Positions 8,973 through 15,334 of a stretch of DNA of 64,000 bases are shown here, in pieces. How positions within the stretch are numbered: the stretch's first letter is position 1; each line of letters starts with the position of its first letter. The notes beneath the pieces were generated by a model that searched no databases, was not told the origin of the DNA, and was given only the letters and a program-made list of their open reading frames with translations. Source of the stretch: an uncultured virus (IMG/VR IMGVR_UViG_3300021961_000029) (lineage: Duplodnaviria; Heunggongvirae; Uroviricota; Caudoviricetes); the IMG/VR virus record IMGVR_UViG_3300021961_000029. One strand, 5' to 3'. The position numbers and the translations under genes were made by a program.

Positions 8973-9344
8973 TTATTGTTGTTTTTCGTATGAAACAGAA
9001 TCTTTTGTGATTGGACCACCTTCAACCCATGTGTCACACCATTTTTTTCCTGAACACATAAAGTGGTGCATCCAACAATAACCAATTTCACCACTATTAT
9101 CACTCATACAATCTTTCATTCTTGATGAAATATCAAACGCAACACAATTTCCACAATTTTGATTTTTTTCTTTTGCTTCTTCAGTTGGTAATCCGTACTG
9201 ATGTGTCTTTTCGATTTTTTTCTTATTGGTGTCGTTAAGTTCAGTATCTTTTGTTGATTTGGGGCATTCCATCTCAGCTTCAGATAATAATCTTTTATTT
9301 AATCTTTCAATAAGTTGTTTTTTCTTTTTTAATTCAATTCCCAT
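8973..9344 (-). CDS. Cys-rich hypothetical protein (HiPIP-like Cys spacing)
   Basis: CGNC...GYC...C...WCDTW. Confidence 0.7.
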   Translation of the reverse strand: MGIELKKKKQLIERLNKRLLSEAEMECPKSTKDTELNDTNKKKIEKTHQYGLPTEEAKEKNQNCGNCVAFDISSRMKDCMSDNSGEIGYCWMHHFMCSGKKWCDTWVEGGPITKDSVSYEKQQ

Positions 9345-9371
9345 AGTTTTTTTATTATATAAATATCTCCG

Positions 9372-9445
9372 TGGTCCCTCACGGGCTTGAACCGTGGACC
9401 TACTGATTATGAGTCAGTTGCTCTAACCAACTGAGCTAAGGGACC
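9372..9445 (-). tRNA. tRNA with CAT anticodon, probably Ile2 (lysidine type)
   Basis: actga-CT CAT AA-tcagt; the GGTCCCTTAGCTCAG body resembles Ile2; identity is inferred. Confidence 0.85.
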
Positions 9446-9468
9446 GTATCGTTCAAATCGACGATAAT

Positions 9469-9545
9469 TGGTAGTGATGACGGGATTTGAACCCATAACC
9501 TTGACTGTATAAGAGTCCTGCTCTCACCAATTGAGCTACACCACT
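9469..9545 (-). tRNA. tRNA-Ile(TAT), CCA encoded
   Basis: gact-CT TAT AC-agtc; AGTGGTG/CATCACT acceptor. Confidence 0.88.
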
Positions 9546-10090
9546 GAATCTAATTGTAATTCGATGATTGTAAACATTGATTGTTCATCATCGTAAATTT
9601 TTATGTTTTCAGGTTCAATATTGTATGAACACATATCACAATCCCACAAAGCGAACCTTAAACCTTTTTTAAATTCATCCATGTTTTGAACATTTAATAA
9701 ACTCATGTAACACTCTAATGGATTTGGTAGGTATTTCCTCTCTAACATCTTATTGTGTTGATGGTACAACTCCCATTTTTCTTTATTACCATTTTCATCA
9801 ACACCATTCCATTCTCCACCGTGTGTTGTTGTTGAATACCATTCGGTATCCAATCTTTCATTTTCTAAAGTATCTTCTTCAGAAACTTCAATCACGGTAC
9901 GAGATTGTAACATATCTGTGGAAAGTGTTGGTAGATATCTGTGAACAATCTCCAAACCAACATAGTAACCAAGTTGATATTCAAGAGTTAATTTCTTTTT
10001 ACTCTCAACTCTTTCTTGTTTCCATTTCTCTTTCATTTCAGGTGTTATGTTTGATAACATCTCTGAAATTTTTTTACTTCTAGTTCCCAT
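9536..10090 (-). CDS. hypothetical protein (184 aa); start moved to MGTRSK
   Basis: the ORF-track start at 10180 lies inside tRNA-Tyr; ATG at 10090 has an A-rich leader. Confidence 0.75.
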   Translation of the reverse strand: MGTRSKKISEMLSNITPEMKEKWKQERVESKKKLTLEYQLGYYVGLEIVHRYLPTLSTDMLQSRTVIEVSEEDTLENERLDTEWYSTTTHGGEWNGVDENGNKEKWELYHQHNKMLERKYLPNPLECYMSLLNVQNMDEFKKGLRFALWDCDMCSYNIEPENIKIYDDEQSMFTIIELQLDSVV

Positions 10091-10103
10091 ATTAATATTT
10101 TTG

Positions 10104-10186
10104 TTGAAAGGGACGGATTCGAACCGCCGTACTCCAAAGAGAACAGATTTACAGTCTGTCGGTTTTAACCACTCACCCACCTTTCA
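10104..10186 (-). tRNA. tRNA-Tyr(GTA)
   Basis: acaga-CT GTA AA-tctgt, long variable arm, U1-A72. Confidence 0.93.
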
Positions 10187-10192
10187 ATTTTG

Positions 10193-10273
10193 TACCTCAG
10201 GTCGGACTCGAACCGACACGACTTTCGCCACTAGTTCCTAAGACTAGCGTGTCTACCATTCCACCACCAAGGC
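10193..10273 (-). tRNA. tRNA-Leu(TAG)
   Basis: ctagt-CT TAG GA-actag. Confidence 0.95.
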
Positions 10274-10349
10274 CTATTGTAGGATATCGCTTAACCTACG
10301 GTGTTGCTAGCATTGTACACCTTCGATGTTTCTATCAGCGATTTTTTTG

Positions 10350-10421
10350 CTCCCCGAGATGGATTCGAACCAACGACCACACGGTTAACAGCCGTGTGCT
10401 CTACCGCTGAGCTATCGAGGA
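10350..10421 (-). tRNA. tRNA-Asn(GTT)
   Basis: cacgg-CT GTT AA-ccgtg. Confidence 0.96.
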
Positions 10422-10426
10422 TTGTG

Positions 10427-10499
<73 letters not shown>

Positions 10500-10646
10500 A
10501 TAAAAAGATAGTGATGGAGTACCCATCTCGCTCCAATCTTAACGGCTTCTTCTGAGTTTTATCAGTGCACTGGCCGAGGGTGCTGAACACTATGAACCTT
10601 ACAACTACTTTGTCGACTTTCATTGTAAGAGTGACCACTATCTTAG

Positions 10647-10720
10647 TATCCCCGATTGGATTCGAACCAATGACCCACAGCTTAGAAGGCTGTTGCTCTA
10701 TCCAACTGAGCTACGGAGAC
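10647..10720 (-). tRNA. tRNA-Arg(TCT)
   Basis: acagc-CT TCT AA-gctgt. Confidence 0.96.
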
Positions 10721-10932
10721 AAAAAAAAGAAACAATCCTTCTACGCTCACCGTAGGTTTAGATTTTACCGATGGTTTGTTCCCCATCACCTGTTATGTGT
10801 GCACCATAGAGCAGGGTCCATTACAGAGTCTACTGAGCCGTGTCGTACCTTCCGATTGTGGTTGCGACCCACTTGGAAGTCAGTAGTCCTTTCAGTGAAG
10901 CATTATCACCTTCTGTAAGGATGTTTCTTTTG

Positions 10933-11017
10933 TACCGAGGATGGGAGTCGAACCCACACGAACATTACTGTCCAAGGGATTTTAAGTCCCTCATGTCTAC
11001 CATTCCATCACCTCGGC
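10933..11017 (-). tRNA. tRNA-Leu(TAA)
   Basis: aggga-CT TAA AA-tccct, long variable arm. Confidence 0.95.
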
Positions 11018-11023
11018 ATCTAC

Positions 11024-11046
11024 TTAAACCAATATGTCAAAGAACA
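11024..11046 (-). promoter_or_regulatory. boxA-like antitermination element, tRNA operon 1
   Basis: TGTTCTTTGACATATTGGTTTAA, identical to 14123-14145. Confidence 0.7.
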
Positions 11047-11077
11047 AATATAATCAAAATATAAGAGCGAAAATCTT

Positions 11078-11116
11078 AAAAAACAAAAAACCCGAACTTT
11101 TTTTGAGTTCGGGTTT
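11078..11116 (-). terminator. attenuator terminator of tRNA operon 1
   Basis: AAACCCGAACU/AGUUCGGGUUU stem followed by UUUGUUUUUU. Confidence 0.85.
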
Positions 11117-11142
11117 CACCTGTCTATAAGTTTTTTACTTTC

Positions 11143-11247
11143 TTACAACTTGTTTAACTCCGAACTTGGGCCACATAAATATATACCTCTCCCATTACCA
11201 CTAAGTGGATTGTTTGACGGTTGTTGTATGTATACCAAGTTCATCAT
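11143..11247 (-). CDS. leader peptide 1, MMNLVYIQQPSNNPLSGNGRGIYLCGPSSELNKL (34 aa; not in the ORF track)
   Basis: translated by hand; lies between the promoter and terminator; codons match the downstream tRNAs. Confidence 0.8.
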   Translation of the reverse strand: MMNLVYIQQPSNNPLSGNGRGIYLCGPSSELNKL

Positions 11248-11264
11248 TTCTTAAATAACTATTA

Positions 11265-11295
11265 CAAAGATACGAAAAGTTTTTTTATTTACAAG
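11265..11295 (-). promoter_or_regulatory. Bacteroidota-type promoter of tRNA operon 1
   Basis: CTTG-N19-TATCTTTG (-33/-7 layout). Confidence 0.7.
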
Positions 11296-11311
11296 TAATT
11301 TTAAAATTTTT

Positions 11312-11476
11312 TTATTTATTTTTTGATATGATTGACCACACACCACCAATTAATGTCATTGCAGCACCAATTAATTCATTAGATAAAACGTCTGTTGTTA
11401 ATCCTTTTGCTACTAATGCACCACCAATAAATGTTAATGTGTGTCTTACGATTCCTAGTATTTGTTCTTTTTGCAT
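11312..11476 (-). CDS. small two-TM holin-like protein, MQKEQILGIVRHTLTFIGGALVAKG...GGVWSIISKNK (54 aa; not in the ORF track)
   Basis: translated by hand; the RHxLTFxGG...WS pattern is recalled from putative phage holins. Confidence 0.7.
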   Translation of the reverse strand: MQKEQILGIVRHTLTFIGGALVAKGLTTDVLSNELIGAAMTLIGGVWSIISKNK

Positions 11477-11589
11477 AATTTTCTTTTGTTTGTTTTTATT
11501 TTTTATTATTACTTATAGATATTGTAATATAATAAAAAAAACATATTAATAAATTCCTTTAACAATAGGGTAACATAGGGTGTTATTTT

Positions 11590-11832
11590 TTAAAATAAAT
11601 CGTCACACCATATTGGTGTCTTCTCCCCAACATATGAACCTGACACATTAAAATCAAAGTATTCAACGGCTTCAGTCATATCCATTCCTTGTTTCATAAG
11701 GATTTCTATACACTTTTCAACAGAATAAATTAATCTCATTGAAGATTCGTCAATACCTATAACAGCATTATCAAATCCATCCGCGATTAAGATTTCTTCA
11801 CCTTCGTATTGTTCTAAAATTTTCTCTAACAT
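11590..11832 (-). CDS. conserved phage hypothetical protein
   Basis: ADGFDNAVIG...EAVEYFDFNVSGSYVGEKTP. Confidence 0.8.
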   Translation of the reverse strand: MLEKILEQYEGEEILIADGFDNAVIGIDESSMRLIYSVEKCIEILMKQGMDMTEAVEYFDFNVSGSYVGEKTPIWCDDLF

Positions 11833-11846
11833 ATTGGTTTTTTGTT

Positions 11847-11921
11847 TGGTAGCCCCTACGGGAATCGAACCCGTCTCTGGTCCGTGAAAGGGACCTGTCC
11901 TAACCGATAGACGAAAGGGCC
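11847..11921 (-). tRNA. tRNA-Glu(TTC), CCA encoded
   Basis: ggtcc-CT TTC AC-ggacc. Confidence 0.95.
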
Positions 11922-11929
11922 ATAATTTG

Positions 11930-12015
11930 CGGAGAGTGAGGGATTCGAACCCCCGTTACCTTTCGATAAAACGGTTTTCAAGACCGCCGCGTTCAACCAG
12001 CTCTGCCAACTCTCC
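11930..12015 (-). tRNA. tRNA-Ser(TGA)
   Basis: gcggt-CT TGA AA-accgt, long variable arm. Confidence 0.95.
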
Positions 12016-12306
12016 AATTTCCTTATCTGAGATTACAATAAGTAGATTTTAACGGGTTTCTCTCACTGTTTCGAGAACCATATCCCCCAACGCTCTCTGA
12101 ACATATTGCTTAAAAGTGTCCTCCATCATTGGGCCTTTCTCATTAGTGTCTTACCACATAAAAACCTGTCAACTCTATACGTCGGCGGTGCAGAGTCTTG
12201 CTACCGTTTTATCCGAATCGATACCTCATTAAGGTCGAGGATTTTTTTACCACCACTACTTTTTTAAAGAATGTAGCCAATCTTCCTGAGTATCTCTTAC
12301 CCATTG

Positions 12307-12378
12307 CGGTCCCACGGGGAATCGAACCCCGAACTCAGCCGTGACAGGGCTGCATTATAGCCGTTTAACTATGAGACC
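12307..12378 (-). tRNA. tRNA-Asp(GTC)
   Basis: cagcc-CT GTC AC-ggctg. Confidence 0.95.
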
Positions 12379-12475
12379 AATTTCGGTTTTATCCACATTA
12401 CCCTAACACATAGTGGACATGTGTTAGGTTTTGCTCAGGTAGGTTGTGACACCCTTTACACCGAAAACCCTGCAG

Positions 12476-12549
12476 AGCCTCCTGTCGGATTCGAACCAAC
12501 GACATCCTCATTACAAGTGAGGCGCTCTGGCCAACTGAGCTAAGGAGGC
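12476..12549 (-). tRNA. tRNA-Thr(TGT)
   Basis: cctca-CT TGT AA-tgagg. Confidence 0.95.
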
Positions 12550-12718
12550 GATAGTGGGTTGGAGTAGTCACGGCCAGCTCTGGTCCTTCCAACCCTTGAT
12601 ATAACCGTGGCAAAATCTGGCTCGACCCTAGTTATACCCATATTTTTATTTCAAAGAACAAACGAACAATTAAAATATAAACATGAAATTTCATATTTCA
12701 AAATATTCAATGAAAAAG

Positions 12719-12792
12719 TTGCGGGGGTGGGAATCGAACCCACGTCATTCAGCTTATGAGACTGAGCTGGAACCTCTCCAGTCCACCCCGCA
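12719..12792 (-). tRNA. tRNA-Met(CAT) with initiator-like acceptor
   Basis: TGCGGGG/CCCCGCA acceptor; loop CT CAT AA; lacks the three G-C anticodon-stem pairs. Confidence 0.85.
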
Positions 12793-12797
12793 ATGTT

Positions 12798-12874
12798 TGG
12801 TTGGAATAATAGGAATCGAACCTATAACCTTTCGCGTATCAGACGAATGCTCTAACCAATTGAGCTATATTCCA
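12798..12874 (-). tRNA. tRNA-Ile(GAT), CCA encoded
   Basis: ttcgt-CT GAT AC-gcgaa. Confidence 0.93.
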
Positions 12875-12880
12875 ATAAAG

Positions 12881-12955
12881 GGTAAATAATCGGATTCGAA
12901 CCGACGACCTTCTGAACCACAATCAGACGTTCTAACCAACTGAACTATATCTACC
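12881..12955 (-). tRNA. tRNA-His(GTG)
   Basis: tctga-TT GTG GT-tcaga; G-1:C73. Confidence 0.95.
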
Positions 12956-13011
12956 ATATTATAAGTTCTAGACCTAATAATCCCCCACTATTAGGTTCAG
13001 ACCTTATATTG

Positions 13012-13081
13012 AGGTCAATGTTGGAATCGAACCAACTCCGTTAGTTTTGCAGACTAACCGGCCTCCATGACCAAACTGACC
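13012..13081 (-). tRNA. tRNA-Cys(GCA), short D-arm
   Basis: ttagt-CT GCA AA-actaa; U73. Confidence 0.85.
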
Positions 13082-13087
13082 TTATTG

Positions 13088-13161
13088 TACTCTCGGAGAG
13101 ACTCGAACTCCCAACCCTTTCATCCGTAGTGAAATGTTCTAATCCATTGAACTACGAGAGT
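13088..13161 (-). tRNA. tRNA-Arg(ACG)
   Basis: tttca-CT ACG GA-tgaaa. Confidence 0.94.
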
Positions 13162-13166
13162 ATCAT

Positions 13167-13598
13167 TTATTTAATTCTTTCATTCCAATCATCTTCAGTA
13201 CCTAATCTAATCGGAACAAATAACGCAAACCCATCATCATCTTCAAAATGGTTACAGTCATCTTTCCTCCAACCAAATTTATATCTCATATGGTCAAATT
13301 TATTTGTTTCTTGATTCCATCTTGCAACATCTGTGTTTCGATGGTCACCAATATAAACTTGTCCGTGGATTAAATCTTTTTTGGGGATTGCACCCGCATC
13401 AATCAATCTTGGTACATAATACTCTTTCCATTCTTTTTCATTCACTCTTGGAAGGGTTGGTACGTCTTCAGGATTATTTAATTTGGGTATTCCGTTTTCC
13501 CAAAAATCTTTAATCCTTTGTTCTCTTTCCTCCTTTAGTTTCATTTTCTCAGCCTCAAATTTAATTTTTGCTGCTTCGATTCCCATTTGATTATTCAT
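13167..13598 (-). CDS. hypothetical protein embedded in tRNA operon 2
   Basis: 143-aa ORF filling the Trp-Arg gap. Confidence 0.8.
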   Translation of the reverse strand: MNNQMGIEAAKIKFEAEKMKLKEEREQRIKDFWENGIPKLNNPEDVPTLPRVNEKEWKEYYVPRLIDAGAIPKKDLIHGQVYIGDHRNTDVARWNQETNKFDHMRYKFGWRKDDCNHFEDDDGFALFVPIRLGTEDDWNERIK

Positions 13599-13673
13599 AG
13601 TTTTTAGTTTTATATGTTTTTAGATATAATTTTATTATGTACCGTTATTTTATATGTCTTTACATATAATTTG

Positions 13674-13744
13674 CACAGGTGGAGAGATTCGAACTCCCAA
13701 CAACGGTTTTGGAGACCGGTATGATACCCTTTCACCACACCTGT
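13674..13744 (-). tRNA. tRNA-Trp(CCA)
   Basis: cggt-CT CCA AA-accg. Confidence 0.92.
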
Positions 13745-13752
13745 GTATAATG

Positions 13753-13825
13753 TAGTTCCTGTCGGATTCGAACCAACGACCCTCTGCATGTAAGGCAGAT
13801 GCTCTACCAACTGAGCTAAGGAACT
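13753..13825 (-). tRNA. tRNA-Val(TAC)
   Basis: tctgc-CT TAC AT-gcaga. Confidence 0.95.
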
Positions 13826-13967
13826 AAGTCAAGGAAAGGAGAAGATGGTTCAGTGGACATCTCCTTTTACGATTGGCGTTACTTAGGTGAATACCTCCAA
13901 ACTCCGATTATATCAGTCAGTATTCACTCTCGAACTATAGACATAACCATTCCCCAATCAACCTTTG

Positions 13968-14041
13968 TGTCCCCGACGCGACTCGAACGCGTGACTCCCT
14001 CATTAAAAGTGAGGTGCTCTAACCAACTGAGCTACGAAGAC
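13968..14041 (-). tRNA. tRNA-Lys(TTT)
   Basis: cctca-CT TTT AA-tgagg. Confidence 0.95.
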
Positions 14042-14046
14042 AAGTG

Positions 14047-14119
14047 TGGTACCGACTGGATTTGAACCAGTGACACCCAGATTTTCAGTCTGGTGCTCTA
14101 CCTACTGAGCTACGGTACC
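14047..14119 (-). tRNA. tRNA-Phe(GAA)
   Basis: ccaga-CT GAA AA-tctgg. Confidence 0.96.
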
Positions 14120-14122
14120 AAA

Positions 14123-14145
14123 TTAAACCAATATGTCAAAGAACA
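14123..14145 (-). promoter_or_regulatory. boxA-like antitermination element, tRNA operon 2
   Basis: exact 23-nt copy of 11024-11046. Confidence 0.7.
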
Positions 14146-14151
14146 TCTTTG

Positions 14152-14221
14152 TGGACACTGTGGGAATCGAACCCAATCGTTCTGATTGCAAATCAGACGG
14201 TCTGCCGTTGACATCAGGCCC
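14152..14221 (-). tRNA. tRNA-Ala(TGC), atypical D-arm and acceptor
   Basis: tctga-TT TGC AA-tcaga; G3-U70 present. Confidence 0.8.
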
Positions 14222-14223
14222 AT

Positions 14224-14257
14224 AAAACAAAAAAACCTCGAGATTTCTCCCGAGGTT
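14224..14257 (-). terminator. attenuator terminator of tRNA operon 2
   Basis: AACCUCGGGA-GAAA-UCUCGAGGUU followed by UUUUUGUUUU. Confidence 0.85.
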
Positions 14258-14285
14258 CTTAAAGTATCGTTTTAAACTAAACAAC

Positions 14286-14375
14286 TCACAAGACACCTCG
14301 GGACATGCAAATATCAGCCACCTCTGCCCATTTTGAACAGATTGTAAACGACATTGTATGTGTTGAGCGTATCAT
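14286..14375 (-). CDS. leader peptide 2, MIRSTHTMSFTICSKWAEVADICMSRGVL (29 aa; not in the ORF track)
   Basis: translated by hand; lies between the promoter and terminator; codons match the downstream tRNAs. Confidence 0.8.
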   Translation of the reverse strand: MIRSTHTMSFTICSKWAEVADICMSRGVL

Positions 14376-14406
14376 CGAAAGTTTATTTAATTTTTAAAAT
14401 CTTTTA

Positions 14407-14438
14407 CAAAGATAACAATAAGTATTCGGAAAAACAAG
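14407..14438 (-). promoter_or_regulatory. Bacteroidota-type promoter of tRNA operon 2
   Basis: CTTG-N20-TATCTTTG. Confidence 0.7.
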
Positions 14439-14535
14439 AAAAGTTTAAAATTTTTTTAAAATAATATATATGAAAATCTGAATTGCCGTGGTATTTATAG
14501 TAAACCAAATAATAAAACTAAACTAAATTACAACT

Positions 14536-14790
14536 ATGAACTTTAAAAAATGGATTATTGACCTATTCAAAGACGAAAGAGGGTCAACTTCAATCAAACC
14601 GGTAATCGCGCTCTTAGGTGCGTTATTCCTTTGCGGAACCATGATGGCAAACTCTTTTACACATGGTGACATTAAACCATCAGAAGAATTGGTAAATGCG
14701 GTAATGGTAATTACTGCAATTGGAATGGGTGCAGATACTTTAGACAAGTTCTCACATAAGAAAAAATCAGAAGACGAAGTTTCTGAATAA
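14536..14790 (+). CDS. small two-TM membrane protein
   Basis: two hydrophobic helices and a charged tail; terminator at 14797-14821. Confidence 0.75.
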   Translation: MNFKKWIIDLFKDERGSTSIKPVIALLGALFLCGTMMANSFTHGDIKPSEELVNAVMVITAIGMGADTLDKFSHKKKSEDEVSE

Positions 14791-14836
14791 GAATTACGGG
14801 GTCTAATAACCCCGTTTTTTCCTTTTTTTCTTTTTT

Positions 14837-15334
14837 GTGATGAAAAGATTACCCATCATATTACTATTATTTTTAATATCATTTGGATTTTCTAATCTAA
14901 ATGCTCAAACTATTGTTGTTGATACTGTTATCAATAACATTAAAATTGGTCCGTTTACTGAAAACAAAAATTTAGCTTTTGGTGTAAAAAACATCATTGA
15001 AGAAATCATAAACGAACAGGATAGTTTAATTCTGATTACAGATAAAAATAAAGCCGACTACAAAATTAAAGTTGAACTTATATTTTTTGACATTGTAACA
15101 ACTAACTCGGGGGTTAGTATTTTTCACGAAGATAAAACAACGACTGTGATAAGAATGAAAGGTGTTTTATACAAAGGTGATAAAAAAATTAAACAGGAAT
15201 TCTCGGAAGGTAAATCTACCGAAATTTCAACCTCAACTATTATGATTGATGAGGGTGGTAAATTCAATCAACAATCTGCTAGTTCGGCATTAAAGAAAAC
15301 AACTCAAACCCTAATAAACAAATTAATACTATGA
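14837..15334 (+). CDS. secreted protein, possibly CsgG/TolB_N-like fold
   Basis: signal peptide ending NLNAQ; alpha/beta pattern ending SALKK, like the 18095 protein. Confidence 0.6.
   Translation: MMKRLPIILLLFLISFGFSNLNAQTIVVDTVINNIKIGPFTENKNLAFGVKNIIEEIINEQDSLILITDKNKADYKIKVELIFFDIVTTNSGVSIFHEDKTTTVIRMKGVLYKGDKKIKQEFSEGKSTEISTSTIMIDEGGKFNQQSASSALKKTTQTLINKLIL

Noticed and set aside
11328..11549. 73-aa plus-strand ORF
   Set aside because: It is antisense to the more credible 54-aa holin-like gene at 11476-11312
11078..14438. T-box riboswitch explanation for the tRNA operon leaders
   Set aside because: No UGGNACC T-box bulge or Stem I seen; the leaders are short and occupied by ORFs that overlap the antiterminator
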